Assembly: GCA_021613535.1 (NCBI GenBank)
Contig: CP075493.1
Span: forward strand, 13,082,001-13,146,000
Direction of reading: 5' to 3'
DNA length: 64,000 nucleotides
Source of the DNA: Adineta vaga
Taxonomy: Eukaryota; Animalia; Rotifera
Below, one piece after another: positions 14,046-26,801 of this stretch. Numbering within the stretch: the stretch's first letter is position 1; every line of letters starts with the position of its first letter. Both the position numbers and the translations under genes were made by a program. Below the pieces are notes generated by a model. That model saw only the letters and a program-made list of their open reading frames with translations. It ran no database searches and was not told the origin of the DNA.

Positions 14046-14661
14046 TATCAAATATCAAAAATCATCTATCAAATGACCATGATTTTATATGAATTGATTG
14101 ATGAATCTTAGTAGTTTACAAAAAAAAATATTCAAAGAAAGAAACAATTATTTTTATCTTTTTATTTCTGTGATTTACAGTACATTCTTTCTTCAGATAA
14201 ATAGCGATCCAGTAGAAACATATAGTATAGCTGTCATCTATTTGAGTACACTGTTTACTATGGTTGGTTCGACACAAACATCGATGCCAGCTGGTTTAAT
14301 ATGTAGATAGAATACAAGAATAGTGAAAAGCGAAAATATAAATGAGGAAATAGATGTGCTAATTACTCTCTTTACCGGCATTGTGAATATCTATATATCA
14401 ATACTATTTATTTCAGGTTCCGATCATAGAAAAAGACATGAACAATGAGATTTCATTGCAGCGGATGGGATGATTATGTGCAAAAATTGAGAGTAACTCG
14501 ATTTTATAGTTTATTCGAATGAATTCGAAGAGTTTCTTGAGTAATATTAAAACACACAGAGTAGCGAAAACTATGCGATTTATCAAGAAAAATAAATGAA
14601 GATCATCAAGATAGTCAATATATACGCGATTAAATAAGTTCTATGGTTATTGGCATAATGT

Positions 14662-15910
14662 TTAGCTTGTTGTACAATATCTGTAGCTTGTACTACTTGT
14701 TGGCACTAAATAAAAAATGTAATAACCACTACAATTCATAGCGCTGATTGGTGATACTGAATAACCACAGAAAGCGCCTGTATAAAAGCACGCATTTCCT
14801 GTTGTTAATCCACCAATTGTTGATGGTAATGATCCATTAAAATAGCCAGGATAACTGCTACCACATGTACTGGTAGTATAAATAGGAGTTGTAGCAATTT
14901 GTGTACCACTACTTCCTGAAACACGATACCAACCGGCTACGAGACTTGTATCATAAGGAGAATAACAACAACTATAACTGTTTTGTACATTTCGAGATAC
15001 ATCATTTAAAGTCATATATGAATAGCATTGAATTGGCAATGTATAAGAACCGGCAGTAGTTGATGCTAAAAACATATGAAACCTATTTTTATTGATCAAT
15101 CAAAGTAGATTAATATCGATTTTTCATCATCTATATCAAGACGATAGTGAAATGCTATTTGGGAGTTACATCGTTCTCTAAATAGACTATTGTTTTTTAC
15201 CTGTAACACTACCCACTGTTGTAGTAGCGACATTTTTTGAGCGCTCATTTATCCTGGAAAACAAATTATGTTATAGTAGATCTCGGCAATTACACAGTGT
15301 CTTTCTTACCAAAGTGTCACAAAGACTGCTAGTGGAATAGCTGCTAGAATAAATCCACTCACAAAGAAAAGCATTTTTGACGATGTCATTTTTGCACAAA
15401 ATTTCGAAAGACTAAATAAAATATATTAAACAAGTTAGAAAATATGTTTATATGTGTAGTTTAACACACATCAATATGAATCGCTAATTATGTTTTAGTA
15501 AATCTATACTGTTCTTAAGTATGTGAAAGAAAAGAAATTTTACGTGAAATTCGAATTTTTATTTGCATTTGGATTTGTTTCGAGTTTATTTTGAGCAAAC
15601 GAATCTCCCCAAACATTCGATTGATTTAGTTGAGCTGATGATGACCCATATTGTGGTGATGGAATGTGCGAAATACTTAATGATGACTTTTGTTGAGGTA
15701 CAAGACCGGCATTCCAATCACTACGGCGTGGATTCATCATTTGATTGAACTGAGGATCCATCGAGTGTCTCGACGTAGGAACTAATGGATATTCCGAGTT
15801 GCGAGCGTTCGTACCATATGGATATACTTGATTGTCATTCAGATCCTATATATATATTCGAGAATCATATAGCAAAGCAATAGTATTTTCTTTTTCATGC
15901 TACTTACCAT
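14662..15910 (-). CDS. Type II membrane protein with uromodulin/OIT3-like D8C domain, multi-exon
   Basis: ATG-only first exon (15908-15910, followed by gtaagt), TM exon ~15310-15410, last exon GWYRVSGSSGTQI...CGSSYPGYFNGSLP...ACF...NCSGYYIFYL...RYCT, typical of D8C. Confidence 0.75.
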
Positions 15911-16820
15911 ACAACTGATTTCGACTGTATAACTAATCAAGAGTTATAATAATGTTGTCTCTTTTTATTTCACTCTTATTTCTTTAATTATATATTATTT
16001 TGTATGTGAATTTCATGAGAAATCACTTCTCGGCCGATCATAAATAGTCGTAGTGCTTCTGGATAGAAAGAAAACCTCTCATGTATATTGCATTCATTCC
16101 TTTTGTTTTTTAATTATTTTTATTTTCGCCCGAAATAATTATATCTGGTAGATTAGCTCTATTGTTGTTTGCACAAGGAATTTTTATAAGAAAATCAAAT
16201 ACATCTACACAGATCCAGTTGTGAAGATATGGATGAAGGTGTAAATCTTAGCTGTGCACACTTGATTTTTTTCATTCATTTCCTGAACAATAAAGATAAC
16301 ATCCATTCTTTCTCGTTTCGAGTAGCTTATTGAAATACTAATCAACATACAGATATGAAGTCATATATTATTTATTTTGTGCCAAAAAAAGAAATGCATT
16401 AGCTACATTTTAATTGAATTTTGCATCGCTTTTATTATCTTAAAAACCCTAGTAATAGCATGAGAGCTTCGAAATTGAATTTATAGATTTATACGTCTGC
16501 CACCCATGCAGTGATCACGTTACTTTATTTTATACTGGTATCACAATCTCAGTCGCTACACATGTTAATTATTCGATGCTTTATCACCAATTTCATCTTA
16601 CATAGAAAAGCAACTGAACATATTGTCCTACTCTAGTTCAATATGTACATAGTAAATGAAGAATTCATAATATCAATCATGCGTAGAACATCGCGGTCAA
16701 CAAAGCCTACTAGGTGTGAATATTGATGTAGTTGCCATCGAATTAAAATTAATCAGACTACGAAAGAATATTCTAAGCCAAACTAGCATCTATCGGCTGT
16801 GGGTTAGATTCAAAGAGTAA

Positions 16821-16860
16821 CACCCTCGCCCACACCCACACCCACACCAACCACACCCCC
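16821..16860. repeat. (CCCACA)n telomere-like tract
   Basis: CACCCTCGCCCACACCCACACCCACACCAACCACACCCCC just downstream of the phosphatase gene. Confidence 0.7.
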
Positions 16861-16910
16861 AAAATGAAAAGATCAATACATGAATGAATCGGCAAATATA
16901 AGTTATTTCG

Positions 16911-17537
16911 TCATATTTCGGTCCTATTTTCAACTAAAGCATGTTTATTCACTGTTCTTACATCAGTTGTCGAAATTAATGATTCTAAAAGATATTTCAC
17001 TCTTTCTAATTCACAGTCTTTGATACTTCCACTGTAAGAGATGATTGGAATTGCATTCCCATAGTTTTTTTGATACGTTGTAGGAGTATCATCGAGTATC
17101 AAAGTGTTACGTCTATTATAAGTCTTCGTTGAATTTCTCCATAATTTCTGTAATCGTTTTATTGTAAATGGCACTGCATATATATCTAACGATCGCTCTT
17201 GAGACTTTCTTGTACATCTTATTGATGTCCAAATAAACTTTAGTTTTGATCTTAAGTGATCTGGGATAATACAGGCTAGCACGGAATGAACATATTCTGA
17301 ACTCGACGCCGACCATATACCAATATCATAATGTTCAAAACACCACTCGACAAATTCATCGAGACCTGGCCGTTTCCACACTAAAATCGAGCCATCATCA
17401 ATTTTAAAATGATGATCTTGTTCAACTTGTATATAAGCAAGGTTTGATTTTTGTTCTGCAAAGATCATAGTACCATCAATATCAAGTACGAGTAATTTTC
17501 TTTGATATAGTGTCATGACTTTTCCTTCAATTACCAA
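16911..17537 (-). CDS. FCP1/SCP-like HAD phosphatase (NIF domain), intronless
   Basis: LVLDIDGTMI (DxDxT), KRPGLDEF, IWSASS.EY, TLILDD, NAIPI. Confidence 0.85.
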   Translation of the reverse strand: MVIEGKVMTLYQRKLLVLDIDGTMIFAEQKSNLAYIQVEQDHHFKIDDGSILVWKRPGLDEFVEWCFEHYDIGIWSASSSEYVHSVLACIIPDHLRSKLKFIWTSIRCTRKSQERSLDIYAVPFTIKRLQKLWRNSTKTYNRRNTLILDDTPTTYQKNYGNAIPIISYSGSIKDCELERVKYLLESLISTTDVRTVNKHALVENRTEI

Positions 17538-18722
17538 TTCAAAATAATTGAATAATTACTGAATCTCTAAAAAAAACTGTCTTTGTAGGATAAACCAGTG
17601 GTTGTAAAAGTTCACTGACAATTATTGAGTTATTTCAAACAAGTGACAAAAATCTACGGTTTATAATTCACTATACATATTTTATAATATTGTTGTTGCA
17701 TGATTTTACACTTCTTCAATGTTACTACGTTGTCGTGATGTAATGTCGTGACGTCATCAAATTACATCATCCGAAAATACATAAGAGTATTTACAATAAT
17801 AACAATAGAACATCTGGATTTTTTATTCAAATAAATAAGAATCATTTCAAAATACCATATTAAATATACATATTAGAGATGCTGAAAATCGAACAGAAAA
17901 ATTATTTTAAAAGTTTTGTTTTAGTCGGCAATATATAGAAGAAAAAAAAGAACAAATATCACTAATAGTGACTTGATCCATGCTTGTGAGTCACTACTAC
18001 TATCTCCTCGTCGGTAATATCTATACATTGTTTTGTGTGAACCGGTAAAATGTATTTTATGCTCGATCGATCAACGACGAAAGATGCATCATCATTTGAC
18101 TCATGATAAATATTTATAATAAATTATGTTGGCAAAAAAACATTTATTTTCGTTATTAGAAAATGAGAACATTGTAATATTCGTATAGAAAAACTGAATA
18201 TTCTAAACATATTTTGTTTCGATTAAATCGACGATCTTTTATTCAATACTGTTTCTGCCAGTTCGATTTACATAATTAGATCAAAGAATATTAGCGTACA
18301 CTCAAATTCTTTATTTTAGCGATTTGTATTTAAATGCTTTCGAATTCTCCTTTTTCTTCATGTAGTCAGTAAAATAAGGTTGTAATTATTTGCAATAAAA
18401 ATATGAGTCATTCTGTCACTTCTTATCATTTCGGTGAGTAAACGGATTTTTCACATAACTATTCGTATTCGTCTATTTGTTTCTTTTTTCGTTCGTTATT
18501 TTTGATAAGTCACATGTAAAATGTTTTATAGCAAGCATTTATAAAATTATTTCTTTTTGCATATCGTACCTTGGATTTTTTGAAATGTAATCGCAACACA
18601 CGTACCATTCTCCGTTTATATATATATAACTCGAACTTTATCAATTGAAATACGCCAATCTTTTTTTTTACTGTTTTGGCATACCAAAAAAGTTTAGTTT
18701 TAGATAAATTTACAAGAGAACA

Positions 18723-20501
18723 ATGAGTACAACATATGAGTATATGGATGAAGCATCTATTTGTTCAGAATTGATCTGCAGTATTTGTCAAAGTCCATTT
18801 ATTGATCCACAACAAGCTTTGTGCGATCACACATTTTGTCGTCAATGTATCACCACTTGGCTTCAGACAGGAAATACATGTCCCCTTTGTCAACAACGAT
18901 TGTCTATGAGTAGTTTGAAACCATCTCCACGTATGATTCGCAATATTCTCGATCAACTTAAAGTCAAATGTACAGCTTGTGGTCAGATTAATTTAGAACG
19001 TGGTCGATTCAATCAGCATTTACTCACATATCATAATGGAAGAGATCAACAACGAATTAATTCTGTAAGTAAATAGATAATTTTAAACATTGTAAAATTG
19101 GTATTTAATCAAGATTTAATCTTTATCTGATAGTTCAATATAACTATGTTTTCTTTTCTTTAATAGAACACAACAAGCAATCGTAGACAAAATCCATTAC
19201 CAAATAATCATGCATCAACATCTGGACAAACTAATGCTTCATCGGACACTCCATTTATTATTATTGCATCGTGTATCTTTTTTGGCATTATATTTCATTT
19301 ATTTCGCAAAGATTCTTCACTTGAAGCAGTCGTCAATACAGCAAATAAACTAGATAATGATGCAATAGGTATGCCGATATCATGTACAACTATTGGACAA
19401 TGTCCTTCACGAAATGTACTATTTGAACATTCATATCTTCTAACGCATGAACATCAAACGTATTTAAATTATTTTTACAACGACACTTATTCTCGTGTTG
19501 TAAAATGGAAACTCATTTATAGGTGAGTTTACTCTTGTTGAATAAAGTCTGGGATAGGAAATTCAGGTACTCACATTATTCTCTGATATTTGAAAAGAGT
19601 TATTTAGAATTTACTTAATCCAATCATCATCATCAACACTTGCGAGTCTGATAGCAATGAAATTCCCATAGTTTTTATTTAATATTCAAAAGTGATGTTT
19701 ATAACAATCTATCATTTTCATAGAGGATCAATACATGGTTTAAATGCATCAGCATTCCATACGCATTGTGATAATCAAGGAGAAACATTTATAATTATGT
19801 CAACCATTAAGGGTTATCTATTTGGTGGTTATGTTGATGCAAATTGGACAACATCGTTAGATCATGTGCCAACTTACAATCCAAGTGTGAAAGCATTTCT
19901 TTTCTCATTGATGAATGCAGCGAAAACTCCAGCGAAAAAGTTTTCCATAGATAGACGATATCGAAATTATGCCATTGTTAATGATATTTCGTCTGGACCT
20001 ATCTTCGGCGGTATGAATCAACCAGATATTGGTACTTATGAAATGAATGGACACTTTCGTTGTCAAATTCATTTTCCTTCTGTATACATGAGTGGTATTG
20101 GCATATCTTCCTTTCCATCTTCAAACGATTGTATCATTAATGAAATGGAAGTGTTTATTCCTGTTTTGAAAAAACCGTCGACTTTTTTGTGGTCGATATT
20201 CAAAATTATGATTTGTTTGATAGTAATATTTGTTGGATGGTTTGGTTTTGCTTTAATATTACGATATTATAATTTGAACAAGCCAATCGTAGCACGTGCT
20301 CTATGTTGTCTTTCTTTATTCTTACTTTGGATTAATTATTTATATGGACAATTACTTCTACTTGGACTATTATGTTCAATAATACTTGCCTCACAATGGA
20401 AATTGCCAAATCAACGTTCTCTAATCTCAATTCGTAGTGAAAAACGATTAGTAATGTCATGTTATATTATGTTACTTGTATATATCACCATTTTCTACTA
20501 A
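18723..20501 (+). CDS. RING finger, TM, TLDc domain and C-terminal TM helices (3 exons)
   Basis: C3HC4 RING (CSIC...CDHTFCRQC...CPLC); TLDc WKLIYR|GSIHG...FHTHCDNQG...FGGY...FLFSL...GPIFG...EMEVF. Introns ~19065-19166 and ~19523-19723. Confidence 0.8.
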
Positions 20502-20748
20502 TTCTTTTCACGTCATTGTATTTTAATAGAGATAAAAGAAAACTAAATCTTTAATAAATTGAAAAGAGGATGTAAGTGTAAGAAAAGGTATAGTACAGGT
20601 AGACCGCGATACTACACACTCTCAAGATGGTTAAAAATCATGAATAAAGCATTAATTATACAATAACGATAAGACAACATATGAACAGTATAATCTTAAA
20701 ATGTTCCATAATCTTCATAGAGTAGATGAATCAAAAGCAATGTTAAAT

Positions 20749-23700
20749 TTAATGTGATGAACGCCAACTTTGAATTGATTCTTTAAATTCTTTTTTATAT
20801 AAATCCGATGGTAAAACAAAAATAATAAAAACAAGCATTGATGGAATAAATGATATAAAATAACCCGAAAGAAATAACCATGGATCTCGAGATGATTTTA
20901 TACAACTTGACATCAATGAAATAATCAAACGTGGTGATGATAAAATAATCAGTACAAGTGGACTAATTAGTATATGTTTACATTCAAGAAATTGTTTATA
21001 AAGATGTTGCCAATAACTATATACAGTTTGTGCCGCACTTCGTCGACGAGAAACATTTCTAATAATATATAAAGCTGAACATACATTAATAATAAATGGA
21101 ATTAGAAAATGAATTAAGATAATTGTTGAATTATAAGTTTGTAAAAATTGATTATAATTTGTGACACACCAAATACGTTGTTCCTCTTCATCGTCAAATA
21201 AATCTCTATAGATCGGTTCATGAATAAATGTACATACAATCACTAATGGTAAAAGAATTCTAATTCGTTTGGCGATGTTTTTACTTGTTTGTTTACGAAA
21301 TTGAACTCCTTGAAATACAGATATTGCTCGTTCAATAGCTACACATGCATTAAACCATGTATCAATTGAGAGAAAGATTTTCAATAATGGTTCAATTGAT
21401 ATACAACCAATGAGAAGAATAAGACGATTTGTAATGAGATTCATTTGAGAAAGTATCAGAAACCAAAATTTAGTTGTAAAAATCATCATTGTAAATATCG
21501 AAGTTATTGATGATGATAATAAATATAAACCACAACCAACTTTTTTCGAATTTTCTCTCTGAAAAGTTAAAGAAGAACAAAATCCATTGATTAAACCTAA
21601 TATAAACATAGTTATAGTTAAAATTGCACTGATTTTTATTGAAATTTTTTGTTGAAATAATGTTAATTTTGGACGAATTTCAAAACGTAGAATATCATCG
21701 AGTGTTAAACCAAAACCTTTCGCATAAAATTGACATTGTGTACCAAAATAACAATCGGAACAAATACAAATTGTATTCGATGGACATGTTGGATCGTCTT
21801 GTAAACATAAAGCATTATTTTTACAATAATTATTATATGAACATGTGAATTTCGACTGTTGATGATCGAATTGAAAACAATTCGGATAAAATTCACTTGT
21901 ACATAAACACATATACATTTCATCATAAAAACACCAAGGTTTGTTTACTTTTTGACATGTTAATGGATAATATTTCACTCGTCGAATCATTGGTAATATT
22001 ATCACTGTTGAATTCAATACTTCACTGATAGGATAACATCGTTGTTTTGAACTAATGCATGTTAATAGATTATCTTTAGGATTTTGTTGAACAACAGCTA
22101 GATAAAACGTATTGATTATCTTGATAAAAACCATATGGTATGGTATTGAAAGATAAAATGAAACAAGATTTTGTTCATGAGTTAGTTTTTTAACAAAAAT
22201 TAGATTCGATGGTTGAGATTGATTTGATATTGAACTTATATAAACTTGAATATGCGTTGGAATTTCAATTCTAGTTAAATCAATTGTTAATTTTCTTTTT
22301 CGATGTTGACAATTCAAGCCATAGAATTCATTTGTATTTTCATATTTTAAACTTTGACCACCATTTTGACATGTTAAATAACATGAATGAACAGGTTTTA
22401 TTCTTTCAATAGGTAAAACTAATTGTGCAGCAACTCGATTTACAGGTAAAAAATTGAATGATTTTGGTAAAAACCAACTTGTATAATGAATTAAAGGTTG
22501 TTTTTCATATGCATCAATATGTAAACTGTAATTTTTCAAAGGATCTTTTGGACCAGTGGAATATAAAAGATAAATATTAAATTTAAATTTACAACCCCAA
22601 ATTGGCATAAATGTTAATTGTTCATAAGAATTTATTAAACCATTTTGATCAATTAATTTAATAAGAATTGAATAAATACTATGACGATTAAATGGTAGAA
22701 ATCTCAATGTTAAACTTACACGTTGACTTTGATATTGACATTGTGAACCATAATAATTTGGAGGACAAAAACATCGATAGGTATTATTATCATCATCAGA
22801 TTGGATTTGAGCGTAAATACCACGATTACACAATTGTATCCACGAAGAATCATTCAAATTTGATTTAATATCTTCTATTGGTAATTGTTTAACTTTTGAT
22901 GATTGTTCCATTTGCCATAGAGGATATTCAAATGAAGTTTTTAAAGAAAAATATTTCCTATCCACCTTCTCATTATATCTTTGACAAAGAATTTGTTTAA
23001 TATTGGAACGATTTCCATGATAATTTTCTGAACATATTGATTGATCACTTCTACAAAATTTTTCATCTGCATTTCGAGAACAATCACTTTTTCTATCACA
23101 CAAATATGATGATGGAATACATTTCTGATTACCGAAACAATAAAAAATGCCTTGATTATCTAAAGTCGATTTCTTCTTTAAACAAAATTCAAATTCATCT
23201 GATGCTCCAAGACAATCAATAGTTCCATCATTTATGTGTTCAACAGATAAACAAATGACTGTTAAATTCTCCATCGATATACACGGATGTGAATATGAAG
23301 GACATTTCGAATCAATACAATTCTCTTCATCTTCTCCATTTGAACAAGCTGATCTTTGATCACATCTCGTATAAATATTATTACATGGCCAATAAGAATT
23401 ACATTCTGTTTCATCTGTATAATGTTTTCCATGTATTTCTTGGAAAAAGAAATCATCAATTCCATCACAAAAATCTTGAAAATTGATTTCATTAATATTA
23501 GTTTTAACATGCCTTTTACAAACATCAGAATTGACGAGTGGTGAATAACATTGATTATCGTTTTTATCACATTTAAAACGGAATGAATCATTTAATGAAC
23601 AACTTAAGTTATACGTCTCATCGTCACCCATATGACAATCAAGAATTCCATCGAGTAAACGATGTTTTGAAATACATTTCGATGAATTTTGACAGCAATA

Positions 23701-25377
23701 AAGAGACGAATCTAATTGAAATTGATCATTCGTTGTTGTTAAACAACCACGAAAATAATCTTTTATCGCCAATGTAAATTCTTCATAATTGTCTGTTTTA
23801 GATAGATTCAATTGATGTCGATATAAACAAGTCATATTATCATAGTGAAATGTTGGCGAAATAAAATTCCAAAATGATTGACCATAATAAATAATATCTG
23901 GTAATAAAATATTGAAACATATTACATGCGCTTTCAAGTGTGTGTTCTGTTGAATATCTGATCTTATAAAAGATGAACTAGGGCAAACATTTTTAGAAAA
24001 TATTGCTGACTTTGCAAGTTCTTGGAGCAAATTAAAAGTATCCCAATTTGGTTTTGATATAAATGGTTCCATTATTGATTCTAAATAACTATAGTCATTT
24101 AGTAAATTTTCAATACTAGTATGAGGATGAAACACCCATATTAGATTGGCAAGAGATGAACCTAATTGAATACTACTAATGTCGCCAGATGGTTTTTCAT
24201 TGTCGATAATTGCAACACTAAATGGCACACTCTGATTACTTTGATAGAAAAATCGAATATGACCGAGAAGAGCATAAATTTTTGGAAACTGAAATATTGA
24301 TTGACACATAGATAGTTTCGCATTATTACCATTAAAAGAGTGAATAAGAGAATGACATAATTTGCCATCATAGTTATGTGTGATTAAACTAAAACATGTG
24401 AGATATAACCAACATTCATTTGATAAATCATCTTTTATTAATAATGATTCTTTGAATAGATCATTTCGAGCATTTTTACAAACATCAAATTCTTTGACAC
24501 ATTGTCCATCTCCACAGGAGAAATCTTCATTACCAGGTCGACAGGTATGTTCTTCACAACGAAATGTTGGTGTTTGATAACAGAAATCAAATGATAATGG
24601 AATATTTGATTCATCTGATCGATCAAGACAATCTGGATTATCTTTATCATCCTTCCAAAAATCTTTCGGAATGCATAAACCATTATGACATTGATATTCA
24701 TCTTCTTGACATTCATTAATTTCCATTTGAAAACAATCAGCTTCATCCATACCGTCGTCCACACAATCAATTTTGCCATTACAAATTTCCCGCCAATCAA
24801 GACAAAAGTCGTTTCCACCACGATTACACGGCAAATGATTATAACATGGTAATTTCATTAGTTCAAATCCATCTTCTACTGATGATTTGATTTGATGAAA
24901 TTTATTTTCAACAACAAGAGCAAACGACTCTTTAGTGTCATAGATAAATGAATATTGACATTGAGAACCAAACTACGAATTTGTACAATTATAGAATAAT
25001 TCATTTAATAATGATAGTTCATTGATATATAGAAAATATTTTTCAACAAGATCAATCGAAGCTGACCAAAATAGTAATTGTTCAGTAGTCACATTTAGAA
25101 ATCGAAGTTGATCAAATGTAAAATTGTTATGATAGATTGTTCCAGAATTTGTCCATACTATGTCAATATTATCTGTTGGACGAATACAGTATTTGATCAC
25201 TTGTTTTATTGAAGTATCATATCGAATATCAACATTTTCACCACGTGCATAGTAATGTAGACAATCATATCCCATCATATTCGTAGTAATTATTTGTTCC
25301 GTATCATATAGATTTAATTGTGCATAAACCAGCAATTTACGCACCCAAATCACCAGAAGCAGACTGAATACCATCAT
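20749..25377 (-). CDS. LDL-receptor class A / EGF repeat 7TM GPCR; single frame interrupted by one in-frame TAG at 24973-24975 (possible null allele)
   Basis: ORFs 24973-25377 (signal peptide) and 20749-24858 are in the same frame, with 38 open codons between them (FGSQCQYSF...). Many LDLa motifs (CLDRSDE, DCHMGDDE), EGF motifs, and a 7TM with VAIERA. Confidence 0.85.
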
Positions 25378-26089
25378 TTTATTGACAACGATATACGAAG
25401 ATTACACTATTTTATATATATATATGTTTTTCCTGTCTATTTGATTTAATAACCAGGGGTAATTTTGTCATGCAGATTTACTATCAATAAACGTGTTCAA
25501 CTGACTATAATATTATAATCATTATGAATGATAGTCTTTGTTTGACATTAATACGTGTTATATCTATGATTGAAATCCATTTCTAACAATTTTGCATGAT
25601 TATAATATTTGTTAGTAATTGTATTCACATTCTTCGATCTTATCGAATTTTAAAAAATAAGAGTTAATAAAAGAGTAAAAAGAAAGTGAGTTTCAAGTTT
25701 CAAAATGTGGGAATTTCACACCCTCAAGATTAATTAATAAATATTGATGTTGCTGAAATTATTTCTGAAGAACATCTATGAAAGATTGACGAACTTGAGT
25801 GTTAAATTCTATACACGATTTTCTTGATGATGAGAGTATAATCACTGAAATTAAATTGATCATATATGGTACAAAAAAAAGTGAATGTATACAGGATCAA
25901 GAATTTTAATCCTAGAAAGACTTTTATAAGTATAGTAGTTGTTGAAAACCCCTAGCAAACAAAGACCACAACCAACTTTCCGTACAGGTTTTCTTTTGAA
26001 CGTTATGAATGAAAGGAAATCATTGATTAAACTTATCATAACAAAGATTATGATCAGTGCGAAACTTAGTTGTACACTAGCTGGCTGAT

Positions 26090-26395
26090 GTACAATCCTA
26101 GATTTTCACTAACACTTTCACCTAAACAGTCGAATGCCATATGATGATCGAATTTGAAACAATTTGCCGGATATTTTCCATCACAATCATAATATAAACG
26201 GAAACGAATAAGTATTGGTGTTGTCAACACAATATCTTAGTTGAATGACAGTATCAATTGATTATCTGTGATTTCACAGCAATCATCATTAAAGCATTTT
26301 CTACAAATACATCGGAACTTATGATCAGACATCATGCAATCATCGGTAGGAATACATTGGCTTTCATTTTGACAGTTCAGTAAACGTACATTTCG
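26090..26395 (-). pseudogene. Degenerate fragment of an LDLa/EGF-GPCR family gene
   Basis: Manual translation CQNESQCIPTDD...FRCICRK...CEITDNQLILSFN*...ANCFKFDHHMAFDCLGES resembles the EGF-proximal part of the neighbouring GPCR (PNCFQFDH). Stops and an internal deletion present. Confidence 0.5.
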
Positions 26396-26801
26396 AATAT
26401 TAATCATTTTCTATTACATCAAATTTCGAAGCTAATTCACTCATACAATATGAGATTAATTGATGATAAGGATCTTCGTTTTTATTGGCGGCAACAACAC
26501 GTAAATAGTTCTGTGGTGCCGCATTTCTATCAGATAGTAAAGTTCTCTTTTTTGTTTTTTTCCAGAAAATAAGAACTGTAGGGAGTTCTTTTTCTTGCTG
26601 AAATTCATGATAAAATATAAAGCAACCTGTTGATTCCTGTTTTATTGCGCTGTTGACGTTATTATCAATTAAAATAAACATAATTTTTCTTCAACAAACT
26701 CTTTTTTTAATCATGAAACGTAAATCTTTTTATTCACTTTATTGTATTGAGTCATTCTGGCTCAGAATTGTTTTGCTGACTTTCTCTTGAGAAGATATTC
26801 T

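Noticed and set aside
21639-24821. Many short overlapping ORFs
   Set aside because: Alternate-frame or antisense shadows of the long GPCR ORF; the same applies within the GTPase and F-box genes.
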